NCBI GenBank assembly: GCA_026770705.1
Contig: JANJGN010000021.1
Coordinates: forward strand, 93,558,001 to 93,622,000
Direction: 5' to 3'
Source: Isurus oxyrinchus
Taxonomy: Eukaryota
DNA length: 64,000 nucleotides
In this document: positions 36,161 through 48,600 of the stretch, in pieces
Layout of the letters: every line of letters starts with the position of its first letter
Position numbering within the stretch: the first letter of the stretch is position 1
Position numbers and translations under genes: made by a program
Notes under the pieces: generated by a model
Told to the model about the DNA's origin: nothing
Seen by the model: only the letters and a program-made list of their open reading frames with translations
The model's database searches: none

Positions 36161-37194
36161 CATATGTTATGGTGGGACGATGGTCCATTCAAGAACTTGG
36201 TTTCTCTAAAGGTGGATTTCTTATCAAAAGCAACTTGCTTCTCGTAACTGGCCATACATATGTCCAAGTTGCCTGGAAGATAAACAACAGTAAAGCAAAA
36301 GAGTCAACAAGAAGTTAATTATATGTGTGAGTAGGATCCTGTGGCTCTGGTCTCAAGTATGGTTTTAGTTTTTAGTTTAGAACAAGCTTGCTGCAGGAAA
36401 CATCTCTTTCAAGCAGGATTAATTGAAATTCCATGTGTTGGCTGAAAGCATTTAAAACTCTTGTTAACTGAAGGACCCCTAACAGTGAGTTGAACTGTTG
36501 GGATAGCCAAGCTGAATATAGAGAGAGAGAGAGAGAGAGATTTCTTAGGTGCAAGACTCCAGAGCTCAACAACATTAAACTGGAGAGTTTTGACCCAAGG
36601 TGGCTACGCTTAAGACGTTAGCGACATCTGTGTTGAACTGGGAGTTTACAACCGTGGGAAGGCTGAAGGAGGTTTGAAAGGACAACTTTGCAGGAAGTAA
36701 GTGCAAGGCCTAAGAAATTGCAACCTTTATACAAACCTCTGAAACAGTACTCAACCAAGTGGTAATCTTCCAATTTTTGCTAAGTATCTGGCTTGAGTTT
36801 TGAGGTCTAAGTCAAATGGGTGTAGAAGGAAAGTTGAATTAAAATGTTTGGTTTAGAGCATAAGTAACAGTTTTCATTGTACGTCTAATATCTTTAACAT
36901 AATTGATTGTCTAAGAATGTAGTTATTTGTGTTCATGTTGTTTGATTTTCATGTAGTAAACTTTTGTTTTAAACTATGCACCTTGTGGCTTCATTCTTTC
37001 AGTAAATACCTGGGATTTCAGATTTCCAGCAAATAAAAACACTATTGGTCTCTCCTGAGATCATAACAACTGAGGGCTCTAGCGGGGATGTGAATTCACA
37101 GATTGTGATGAGTGTGCTGGGATATTGGCTAAAGTCTAGACTCACAGAGTTCATGGTAAATTTTACTATACCAAGTGAACAGCAAAGTGACTAG

Positions 37195-37295
37195 CTCTGA
37201 AGAAAAGTCATATGGACTCGAAACATTAACTCTGTCTTTCCCTCCGCAGATGCTGTCAGACCTGCTGAGTTTTTACAGCAATTTTTGTTTTTGTA
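37195..37295 (+). mobile_element. Penelope-derived short element with hammerhead-like core
   Basis: CTGAAGA-AAAGTC ATATG GACTC-GAAAC...GATGCTGTCAGACCTGCTGAGT, homologous to minus strand of 39640-39755. Confidence 0.7.
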
Positions 37296-38532
37296 ACAAA
37301 GCGACTTTGTCAATTGCTAAGACTTTTCTGAAGAGGGAAGATTTGTCTGCGAGTGATTTACAACAATGAACAAAGATGAGATTAGGAGAATTAGAGTTAA
37401 AGTCAGAATAAAAAAAACTGAGGCTAAAAAAGCAGCAATATTTGATGCAACAGTGCAGTATTTGGAATGAGAAGAAGAAATGGTTAACCCAGATCAAAAA
37501 CAGATTGAGTTGGCTAGGATTTAGTTGCACATGAAGCAGCTTGAAATAGAAAAAGAAAGGGAAATCAGGAAGCTTGAAATTGATGTGATTTACCTTCCAG
37601 ATAGTCTGGTGAAAGAAAAGGTACTGATAATTATTTATGGGTGACACAAACCTGTTCCCTTTATACAAAGTTAAGTTATGAAGTGACAGGATACATGGAG
37701 TTCTTACTGAAGGAATTGACCCTAGTTTGCCTATTGAAGTGGTTGATTTTTTTTTCAATGGAGAAATGATTTGGCAGTTGAGTTCTAAGAGAGCTGGCCG
37801 AGGTAAGAGAAACTACGATTCTGCAGGCGGGACATCTTGGATTGTACCCAGGTTGCATAGCAAAGAGGCATCAAGCTCGGAAAGTGGGACAGGATAAAGT
37901 AAATTCATCTGCAAGGCAGGATTTTTTTTTCAGGAAGTGGGATGATGATTAAAAACTCTGAAAAAAGTTAGGCTGACTTATTTAGTCAAGCATGTTTAAT
38001 TGAATCCCAGGAGGTAGACCTTGGTTTGCAGGGATGACCTCAGACAAGGGAAGAACAGAAGAAGTTCCTGAATGTTATTACGTAAAAAAAAAGATATATT
38101 AATGTGAAAATGGAGATCTCCTTAAAAAGACCTGTGGATGAGGAAGGGCTGTAGTCCATCAAATTGTTATTCCTCCTGGCTATCGCAGGGAAATTTTAAG
38201 AACTACACGAGATTCTGATGGGAAGTCATTTAGGAATAAGTAAGGCTCAAGCTCAAATAAAGAAAATGTTTGTTGGCTGGGATGTGGTTGAATTCTGCAA
38301 GACATGTCACACAGCAAATGGTTAGAAAACTCCTGCCGTTAATTAAACCAGCTCCATCGAGCTGTACATCCACTATTGCTGAAACCTTTAGCAGGGTTCT
38401 ACTGGACCCTTACCAAAATGGGGTATCAATATTTTTTAACAATAATGGATTTGTCTGCAAAGTTCCCAGAGGCCATTTACTCGAAGAAAGATTACTGCAA
38501 AAGATTGAAGGGTGACTTCAGTTTTTCACTAA

Positions 38533-39567
38533 GGGCAGAATTTTCCATTAGGTGGGCGGGCCTGACCCAATTGTGGGCGGGCGGGGAGCCGATCGCCATC
38601 AGCAATCGGGGCCACACTGCCATTTTACGTGGGTGGGCCAATTAAGGCATGCCCAGCGTGACATCTGCCAAGAAGCGCTATGTGCTCCCTGTGCAGGAGG
38701 GGGGGAATCCATAAAATCGAGAGTGCACTTTTTTGCGCATTCGCACGAAAAGCGCACATCTCCCTGAGGCTAAGTGCAGCCTCAGGGAGATTGCTTCAAC
38801 TTTTAAAAATATTAAAAATAGAGAAAAGAAAATTCCCTTACCTGTCCCCTCTTATGACAATTTTCTGTGTGACATGTCTTGCAGAATTCAACCACATCCC
38901 AGCCAACAAACATTTTCTTTATTTGAGCTTGAGCCTTACTTATTCCTAAATGACTTCCCATCAGAATCTCGTGCAGTCCTTAAAATTTCCCTGCGATAGC
39001 CAGGAGGAATAACAATTTGATGGACTACAGCCCCTTTCTCATCCACAGGTCTTTTTAAGGAGATCTCCATTTTTTCATTAAAATATGTTTTTTTACGTAA
39101 TAACATTCAGGAACTTTTTTCTGTTCTTCCCCTGTCTGAGATAATCCCTGCAAACCAGGGTCTACCTCCTGGGATTCAATTAAACATGCTTGACTAAATA
39201 AGTTGAGTTGGGACATGTTCATAATCTACAGAACAACTTTATTACAATTTTTAAAACCCTGCATGAAACTTCATCCTGCCGGTGGATGAGGTTTCATGTT
39301 TTCTCTAGTTGCCGCTGGGTCTCCTGGCCTGCTCACCAACCTTAATGTTGAACGGGCAGGTCCTTTAATTGGTTAATCGATCCTGTCGATGGTGTCAAGT
39401 GGCCTTTGACAGGTCGGTGGGCCCGCAGCTGATTTTGCTGCGCCCCCCGCCTTCCTGAATATTTAAATGGGACGGGGTGACATCGGCGGTTCTGCCCGAC
39501 TTCATCCCGAGTCATTTTACGTGTCGGCGGGCCCCACCCCCTGCTCGCCAATGACAAAATTCTGCCC
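38533..39567. mobile_element. Harbinger-family MITE carrying an inverted copy of flanking DNA
   Basis: Perfect 12-bp TIRs GGGCAGAATTTT / AAAATTCTGCCC; 38865-39203 is reverse complement of 37976-38314. Confidence 0.88.
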
Positions 39568-39614
39568 TGTGTGTCCAAATTTTGAGACAGACTGACAGAA
39601 ACATCTATATATAT

Positions 39615-40290
39615 AAAAACAAAAACAAAAAAACTGCGGATGCTGGAAATCCAAAACAAAAACAGAATTACCTGGAAATACTCAGCAGGTCTGGCAGCAT
39701 CGGCAGAGAAGAAAAGAGTTGACGTTTCGAGTCCTCATGACCCTTCGACAGAACTTGAGTTCGAGTCCAAGAAAAAGTTGAAATATAAGCTGGTTTAAGG
39801 TGTGTGTGTGGTGGGCGGAGAGATAGAGAGAGAGAGAGAGAGAGAGAAGTTGGGGGGGGGTTGGGGATGTGGTTGTATGGACAAACAAGCAGTGATAGAA
39901 GCAGATCATCAAAAGATGTCAACGACAATGGTACAATAGAACACATAGGTGTTAAAGTTAAAGTTGGTGATATTATCTAAACGAATGTGCTAATTAAGAA
40001 TGGATGGTAGGGCACCCAAGGTACAGCTCTAGTGGGGGTGTTTTTTTTTTATAATGGAAATAGATGGGAAAAGGAAAATCTTTATGATTTATTGGAAAAA
40101 AAAGGAAGGGGGAAACAGAAATGGGGTGGGGATAGGGGAGGGAGCTCACGAGCTAAAGTTGTTGAATTCAATATTCAGTCCGGAAGGCTGTAAGGTGCCT
40201 AGTCGGAAGATGAGGTGTTGTTCCTCCAGTTTGTGTTGGGCTTCACTGGAACAATGCAGCAAGCCAAGGACAGACAAGCCAAGGACAAAC
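39615..40290 (-). mobile_element. Penelope-like element 3' portion
   Basis: Reverse reads LGLLHCSSEAQHKLEEQHLIFRLGTLQPSGLNIEFNNF (GIY-YIG C-term); terminal hammerhead-like motif and (TTTTTG)n tail. Confidence 0.85.
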
Positions 40291-40830
40291 ATCTATAGTT
40301 GTTTGAGGACACCTTAAGGTTTTGTGACAGGTAATGAAAAAAACAAGCAGATAAGACAGCTGAAGAACGCACTTCTAAACCTTGGGATGAAGCACTGATT
40401 CTGTTATCTATGCAGGGTCAACCACCGAAGGCTAGATTTAGTGGGCTTATTCAATGAGTGTGTCACATGAATATGCTGAAGTGGTATTATAACTGGGAGA
40501 ATAATCAACCAATGAGTGTACTTCAGGTAGTAAGGAAGTAAGAGAGTGGATATGACCATACCTGAGAGTTCAGATGATGAGACAGACACTGAACATTTTC
40601 AAATTAAATCACCGATAAAAGTTTGTAATATATTACACCATCTTCCAGCAGAGTCTCGGGGTGACAATCAAATTGCTAAAAGAATGTGTAGAAGTAGACT
40701 AGGATGAACATTTTTAAATACACATGAAGTTGATGTGGGAAGTACTCCAGCCGTTAAACAAAACCTTATAGACTGAACTCTGAGAAATTGGCTCAAATCA
40801 GACAAGAATTCACCTTCCAGCTGAATATTA

Positions 40831-41398
40831 GAAACATAGAAAATGGGAACAGGATTAGGCCATTCAACTCTTCGAGCCTGCTCCACCATTCATTATGATC
40901 ATGGTTGATCATCCAACTCAATAGCCTGCTCCTGCTTTCTTGCCATATCCTTTGATCCCTATCAACCCAAGAGCCATATCTAACTCCTTCTTGAAAACAT
41001 ACAATGCTTTGGCCTCAGCTACTTTCTGTGGTAACAAATTCCACAGGTTCACCACTCTCTGGGTGAAAAAATTTCTCCTCATCTCAGTCCCACCACCAGT
41101 CCCACCATCCCAGGAATCAGTCTGGTAAACCTTCACTGCACTCTCTCTATATCAAGAACATCCTTCCTCAGATAAGGAGACCAAAACTACACACAATATT
41201 CCAGGTGTGGTCTCACCAAGGCCGTGTATAATGGCAGCAAGACATCCCTGTTCCTGTACTCGAATCCTCTCGCTATGAAGGCCAACATACCATTTGCTTT
41301 CTTTACCGCCTGCTGCACCTGCATGCTTACCTTTAGTGACTGGTGTACAAGGACACCCAGGTCTCATTGCACATTCCCCTCTCTCAATTTATAGCCAT
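40831..41398 (-). mobile_element. CR1 3' fragment (internally deleted) nested in Gmr1-like RT
   Basis: EMRRNFFTQRVVNLWNLLP; tail TTTCTATGTTTC; Gypsy RT contiguous either side. Confidence 0.88.
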
Positions 41399-42718
41399 GA
41401 TATAATTGAACTGAGTTGAAGCAGTTGGAGTTCAGCAGTTGTATTGGTACCAAAACCTGACGGAACTCAAATATTTTACATTGGTTATCATAACGTGAAT
41501 GCTATAACAAAAACTGATTCTTATTCTATACCATAAATTGAAGATAGTATTGATAGAATCGGAAGCTTAGAGCTTATCAGCAAGATTGACTTATTAGAAA
41601 AGAATATTGGCAAGTGACACTAACAGATCAGGTCATGGAAATCTCTGCTTTTGTAACCCCAGGCAGCCTATATAAATGTAAAGTGATGCCATCTGCAATG
41701 AAGAATGCAGCAGATACTTCTCGAAGGCTAACAAATCAAGTTATTCATTGACTGTGTTGTGTATATCACTGGTTTAATGGTCTACAGTGACACTTGGGAA
41801 GACCATGTGGAACACCTCAGTGTAATGTTCCAGAGACTACAAAAAGCTGACTTGACGATAACTTTGGTGAAAAGTGAATTTGCCAATGCCAAAATTATTT
41901 ACTTGGGGCATGTTGTGCGGCAAGGTTGAGTGCTGCCCGGAGAAGCTAACGTTCAAGTGATTATGGACTTTCCCATTCCCCAAACCAAATGAGAGATACT
42001 GCAGTTCTTCGGAATATATGGATTTTACAGGAAGTTTGTCCTGAATTTCAACATGCTAGCCACTCCATTAATAAATTCATGGAAGAAGAAAATCAAATAT
42101 GACTGGACAGAGTCTTGCTGGACTGCCTTTGCGAGATTAAAGGCTGTCTTGATAAATAGGCCTGTGTTGGACGCTCCAAATTTCAAGATGGCAACTGGTG
42201 CTGGTGATAAAGGGGTGAGAGCCGCATTGTTACAAGATCAAGATGACACCATAGAGCATCCAGTCAGTTATTTTTCAAGAAAACTTAACCCTTGTTAACA
42301 AAAGTACAATGCAGTTGGAAAGGAAGCATTAAGCCTTGCTTTGGCCCCTCAACAATTTGAAACTTTATGTTTCCAGAAATGCTGGAAAGACTGTGATCTA
42401 CAGGAGCCATAATCCATTCGTGATTTTAAGAGAAATTCCAGACTACGCTCCCCATTTGTTCCACTGGAGTCCACAACCATTTATTTTAAAACTTGCTCAC
42501 GTTGCAGGAAGGGAAAACACCATTGCAGAGGCTTTGTCCAGAGTTTAACGACTTGTTTAAATACCTCGTAGCTATATAAAGGAGGCTTCTAAATTTTATC
42601 TTATATGTCAACAGTTTTGGATGTAATCTTTGCACCTGTTTAAATGCCATGATCCTTGGGTCAAGGGCTTGAGGTCACAAGATGTTGGACATTTGAATTG
42701 TGAGTGAACTACAAGCGG

Positions 42719-42741
42719 CGGGGGGGGGGGGGGGGGGGGGG
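42719..42741. repeat. poly(G) run
   Basis: About 22 consecutive G. Confidence 0.95.
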
Positions 42742-43627
42742 AGATTATATTGTGCATCACACATAATTTGATTGCTAAAGTGTTATAATGTTAAAATGTG
42801 TAGTATTTTAAAGGGCTGTGAAAATAATCCTTATTCAGTAAGGGTTTTTTTTCTCTTGAGAGTGTTGTGTGAAAACTCAAGGGCTTTTAGAGAAAAACAA
42901 ACATATTTTATGCTGGGGTGATGGTCTTTTTAAGAATCAGGTTTCTCTATAAGCTGATTTTTTTGTAAAAATTAACTTGTTGCAAGTAACTGATCATGTG
43001 ACCAAGTTGCCTGGAAGAAAAACAGTTTAGAGTTTAAAGAGTTTAAAATTCTTGTAAACTACAGGGCTCCTAACAGGGGACTGGAATTCTTGAATGGTCA
43101 AGCTGAGAGAGAGGGTCCTGAGATGCAAGACTCCAGAGTTAAAGAACATTAGAACCATGAAAGTTCTAACCAAAGTGGTACTGTGGCCAGGTGAGGAGAC
43201 TCCTCTCTTTTCCCAATCCTCATTTGGTTGTAGCAGAGATTTTGAATTTTAAAATGATGCTGCATTGCCAATTTGGTATGTACTTGACTGTGCGCAGTTT
43301 GTAAGATTTAAGCCAGACAGCTATTCTTGAGTTAAACGTGTAAGGGGTTGGTTTTATTATGCTGAAACTAATCCAGGTAAAAGTTAAAAATGTACAAATA
43401 CACCCTACTTTTCACTAATGTACACAAACACACTTAAACTCCAAGCATGCAGAAAGAAATATAACTTTACAAAGTGCTGGATACTAACCTTGGCCAAGTT
43501 AAAGTGAAGATTAAAAAAAAGGTCAGTAGGATTTCACTGATTGTATCTGGAGGTGCTAGTTCTTAGCTGAGGTGTGTTTTTTTTCCACAGTTGCAGCTAG
43601 TATCTCAGTTTTTCTCCCAGAAACACT

Positions 43628-44480
43628 GGCCGGAATTTTCTAGCCCCACTGGTATTAGGCATCATGGCGGGCGGGTGGGAAGGAAGGGGGGAACAATATG
43701 GCGAGAAGGCCAAACATTGGTTTTACACCATTGCGAAACCAACTTGCAATCATTCGCTCCAGCTCTCAATGGTCAATGGCAGGCCCCGTTTCCCGCCTCC
43801 GCACGTTGGGAGCATCGTTTTAATACATTTCCATCTCTACTACTCGCTGGAATTATTCCCCCCTGCCCCCCCCGCGTCACATTGCCTACGTCGGCATGAC
43901 TACAAAACGGCGTGTTTCACAACTGCCTTTAAAAGGTGTGCACCTGGCAACATGAACTTCGAAGGGAATTCGGGGGTGAGCGCACACAACCCTTGTGCTG
44001 CGCTCGCGAGCATTGCTTGTAGGACATCAAGGAAGAAGAGCTGCGCATTTGCGGGGGTGGGAGCGCAGGTAAGCCCCTTTTTCCTGGCTGGCTTTCTGTG
44101 CCTGTGCCAGGGCAAGGGCTCCAGGGTGGGTCAGGTTGAAGGGGCAGTGGGGTGTGGGAAGGCAGCACAGACTGAAGGAAATACCCAAGCGCATCCCGAT
44201 GGGAAGTGGGGTTTAGTGGCCACGCACTTGGAAAAGCTTGTCTGAAGTAAGTATTCCTTCGCAGCTGAGACTGTTCAGCAGCAGCTCCGTCGATAATCTT
44301 GGAATCGGGCCTCTGATGCTTTCCTGCCCACTCAAGCAATGCAAAAGCACGAAGGTGCCACCAATTGATCCAGAACTTTTCACCCCTCGGACTCAGACTG
44401 CAAATGAATGTAGGTTTTAGGGGGCAAGAGAACAATTGGCTGACTGGGCAAGCTGTTCAATCCCTTTGTGAAAGGTGACC
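43628..44480. mobile_element. Harbinger-related element, one end only, abutting truncated MHC alpha2 exon
   Basis: Begins GGCCGGAATTTTCTAGCCCC (same TIR type), GC-rich subterminal motifs; no right TIR seen. Confidence 0.6.
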
Positions 44481-44600
44481 ATGTACAGTTCCTTGTCGAA
44501 GATGAGGATATCTTGTCCATCGAATGCGACTTTGTTGAATGCCCCCCGGTCCCAATATCCCTCAGTTCACAGCCGAGCATCAACTGCAAAGTGTGGACAC
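44481..44600 (-). pseudogene. MHC class I alpha2 exon, 5' part only, frameshifted
   Basis: Acceptor TGACAG|; GVHTLQLMLGCELRDIGT then after frameshift FNKVAFDGQDILIFDKEL; homology then stops. Confidence 0.88.
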
Positions 44601-44922
44601 CTGTCAATCATTCGCACACACACAGCCAATCAGACACAGTTCTACTTGGCGAGCCTACCTACTGTCCCACCACTCCAAAGATTAAAAGCCTGTCATACAC
44701 CTCCTGGACTAGTGGGTTATTCAACAGACCCCTTGGCAGCCCATCTATGAATTTAATGAATCAATGTCCAGCAACTCCCTATTGGCTGTTACTATTGGTT
44801 TGGGCAACAAGGTGTCAACTTTATAGCGGCCTAGCTCTAATCTACTCCTGGCTTCTCCCGAATCCCACCCAGACCCTCCGAATCCATAGGAAAAGGCCAA
44901 TCGTGGGGAGGCAAGGACTCAC

Positions 44923-45173
44923 CACCAACCAGGCCATGACAAGCGGGAAATGCATTTTAAAATCCAGCTCCAATTCCCTTGCGAGCATCCTCTTCCACTC
45001 CCAGGACTCACTCCCCTCGCTCTCCATCATCCACTGCTCCCTGGGGACCAACTCCTGCCGATTGCTGTCATATACACTAAACAGCTCCCCATCCACACAG
45101 CCGACCGCCACATACTGCGGGAAGCCAGGGATCGGAGTCATACTGGTGAAGAAAACCTGGAGAGAGTGAGAGC
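44923..45173 (-). pseudogene. MHC class I alpha1 exon (divergent/non-classical)
   Basis: TTTCAG|GC TCT CAC...; GSHSLQVFFTSMTPIPGFPQYVAVGCVDGELFSVYDSNRQELVPREQWMMESEGSESWEWKRMLARELELDFKMHFPLVMAWLV; donor GTGAGT at 44922; 251 nt is out of phase. Confidence 0.92.
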
Positions 45174-45319
45174 CTGAAACACAGAGGGAAGGACATCAGG
45201 GCATGATTTCCCCCATCACCCCAAACACCAATTCTACACCCAACAGAGAGTTAGATATCTTAGTTTGCTGTCAACGCTAAGTCAGGTGGCACAGTGAGGT
45301 AAATAGAGGTGGAAATTAT

Positions 45320-45655
45320 TTTTATTATTCTTTCATGGGATGTGAGCATCACTGGCAAGGCCAGCATTTGATACCCATGCCTAAGTGAATTGGGAAGCTG
45401 ATGAGCTGCCTTCTTGAGCCGCTGCAGTCCATGTGGTGCAGGTACACCCACAGTACTGTTAGGGTGGGAGTTCCAGGGTTTTTAATCCAGCGACAGTGAA
45501 GGAACGGCGATATAATTTCAAGTCAGGACAGCGTGTGAACTGCAGGGAAACTTGCAGCTGGTGGTGTTCCCATGTATCTGCTGCTGTTGTCCTTTTCAGT
45601 AGTAGAGGGCATGGGTTTGGAATGTGCTGTTGAAGAACATTTGGAAAATTGCTGC
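45320..45655 (-). mobile_element. LINE family B 3' end
   Basis: Shared 3'UTR/tail. Confidence 0.8.
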
Positions 45656-45669
45656 ATTGGATCCTGTAT

Positions 45670-48600
45670 TAGAGTTCTTACAGGGCAGAAGAAGGCCTAT
45701 TCAGCCCATTGTGTCTGCACCGGCTCTGCGAATGAGCAACTCACTTAGTGCCAATCTCCAGCCTTCTCCCTGTAACCCTGTACATTCAACCTTTTCCCAT
45801 AAATATCTAATTCCTTTTTGAATGCCTCGATTGGGTCCACCTCCCCCACACTGGTAGTGTATTCTAGATCCTAACCACTTGCTGCGTGAAAATGTTTTTC
45901 CTCATGTCACCATAGCTTCTTTTGATAATTAACTACTTTAAATCTGTACTCTCTCATTCTCGATCCTTTCACAAGTGGGAACAGCTTCTCCCCATCTACT
46001 CTGTCCAGACTCCTCATGATTTTGAACATCTCTATCAAATCTCCTCTTAGCCTTCTTTCCAAGGAGAACAGTGCCAACTTCTCCAAAATATCCTCATAGC
46101 TGAAGTTTTTCATTCCTGGAACCATTCTTGCAAATCTCCTCTGCACTCTCTCCAATCACATCCTTCCAATGGCGTGGCTACCAGAACTGTACACAATATT
46201 CCAGCTGATGTCTTACGAGTATCTTATATAAATTCAGCATAACCTCCTTGCTCTATGTACTCTATGCCCCTATTAATAAAGCTCAGGATACTATGTGCTT
46301 TACTAACTGCTTTCTCCCCCTGTCCTGTCACCTTCGATGATCTATGCACGTATACACCCAGGTCTTTCTGCTCCTGCAAACCCTTCAAAATTTCATCCTT
46401 ATTTTATATTGTTTCTCCATGTTCTTCCTACCAAAATGCATCACCTCACACTTTTCCTCATTATACTTCATCTGCCATCTATCTGCCCACTCCACCAACT
46501 TGTCTATGTCCTTTTGAAGCTCTATACTGTCTTCCTCACAGTTTACAATGCTTCCAAGTATTGTATCATTCACAAACTTTGAAATTGTCCCCTGCACACC
46601 AAGGTCTAGATCATTTATATATATCAGGAAAAGCAATAGTTCCAATACCGACCCCTGGGGAACTCCACTACAAACCTTCCTCCAGCCCGAGAAATATCCA
46701 TTGACCATTACCCTCTGTTTCCTACTACTCAACCAATTTTGTATCCATTTTGCTACTGTCCCTTTTATTCCACGAGCTATAACTTTTCTCACAGGTCGGT
46801 TGTGTGGCACTATATCAAATGCCTTTTGAAACTCCATGTGCACCACGTCAACAGCATTACCCTCATCAACCCTCTCTGTTACCATTTCAAAAGACTCCTG
46901 CAAGTTAGATAAAAACGACTTCCTCTTTAGAAATCCATGCTGGGTCTTCCTACTCATTCCACATTTTTCCATGTGACTACTAATTTCATTCCGAATAATT
47001 TTCTCTCGTGGTTTCCTCACTACTGAAGTTAAACTGACTGGTCTGTAATTGCTGGGCTTGTCCTTACGGATTCTTTTGAACAAGAGTGTAATGTTTACAA
47101 TTCTCCAGTCCCCTGGCACCTCCCCTGAGTTTAGGGAAGACTGAATGATTATGGCCAGTGCCCCTGCAATTTCTACTCTCACTTCATTGGATGCATCTCA
47201 TCCGGTCCTAGTGCCTTGTCAACCTTAAGAACCGACAGTTTATCCAACACTTCCGCCTTATCAGTTATGAACAGAGTTTCTTCCTCTGTCACCATGGCCT
47301 CGGTAGCATCTGTTTCCTTGGTAAAGACAGATGCAAGGTATTCATTTATCACCTCAGCCATGCCCCATGCCTCCATGTGTAGATCCCCTTTTTGGTCCCT
47401 CATCGATCCCACTCCTCCTTTTACTACCCTCTTACTACTTATGTGCTGATAGAAGACTTTGGGGATCCTCTTTATGTTGCCTGCTAGTCTTTTCTTATAA
47501 TCCCTCTTTGCTTCTCTTATTTGCTTTCTCACATCCCCTCTGAACTTATTCCTCTTGGTTCTCAATTGTATTTTCTACCTGACACCTGTCATAAGTGCAC
47601 TTTTCTTCCTTATCTTAATTTCTATCTCCTTTGTCATCCAGGGAGCTCTGGATTTGTTTGCCCTACTTTCCCTTTTGAGGGAATATACCTTGACTGTGCC
47701 CGAACCATTTCGTTTTTAAAGGTAGCCCATTGTTCAGCTACAGATTTTACCACCAACCTTTAGTTCCAGTCTATCTGGCCTAGCTCCGTTCTTGCCCCAT
47801 TGAAGTTGGCTTTCCCCCAGTTAATTATTCTTACTCTCAATTGCACACTATCCTTTTCTACCATCATCCTAAACCTTACGATATAATGATCACTGTCTCA
47901 TCAATGTTCCTCCACTGAAACTTGATCTACTTGGTCCACCTCATTTCCAAGAACCAGGTCCATCAGTGTGTCTTTTCTTGTCGGATTGGACACATCCTGC
48001 TGTAGAAAATTCTCCTGAACACAACCTAGGAACTCTTGCCCCTCCCTGCCCTTTACACTACCACTGTCCCAGTCTACATTCGAGTAATTAAAGTCATCCA
48101 TTATAACTACTCTATAATGCTTGCATCTCTCTGTAATTTCCCTGCAAATTTGTTCCTCTACATCCTTGCCACTAATTGGCAATCTGTAGACTACACTGGG
48201 CAATGCAATTGCACCTTTTTTAACTCTTTAGTTCTAGCCAAATTGATTTTGACTTGAACCCTCTGGGACACCCTCTTTCTCCAGCACTGCAATGCTCTCC
48301 TTAACCAATACCGCCACTTCTCCTCTTCTCCTTTCTTTTCTGAACACATTGTACCAGGGAATATTTAACACCTAGTCCTGCCTGTCCTTCCTTGATCCAG
48401 GTCTCTGTTACACCACAATATCATATTTCCACATGGCAATCTGTGCCTGTAACTCCCTAATCTTATTTACTATACTCTGTGCATTCACATACACGTACAG
48501 TAACCCTGATTTATACTTCATGACTTTCTCTTCACTCCGACTTCATCTATTAACTTAGTTATCTCTGTACTATCTGTATCTGTCTCTCTGTCTCTCCCAG

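Larger units (their letters stand above)
36165..43181 (+). mobile_element. Gmr1-like Gypsy LTR retrotransposon (gag-PR-IN-RT-RH order), degenerate, with nested insertions
   Basis: 5' LTR 36165-37068 (TGTTAT..ATAACA); tRNA-Pro-like PBS TGAGGGCTCTAGCGGGGAT 37071-37089; integrase remnants 38150-38520 (IVIPPGYRREIL..SHLG; GYQYFLTIMDLSAKFPEAI) precede RT/RNaseH 40715-42546 (WSSAVVLVPKPDG, YLGHVV, HPVSYFSRKLN, ENTIAEALSR); partial 3' LTR from ~42866. Confidence 0.85.

Noticed and set aside
44468-45169. 233-aa plus-strand ORF
   Set aside because: Antisense shadow of the MHC alpha1/alpha2 exons; no recognisable domain.
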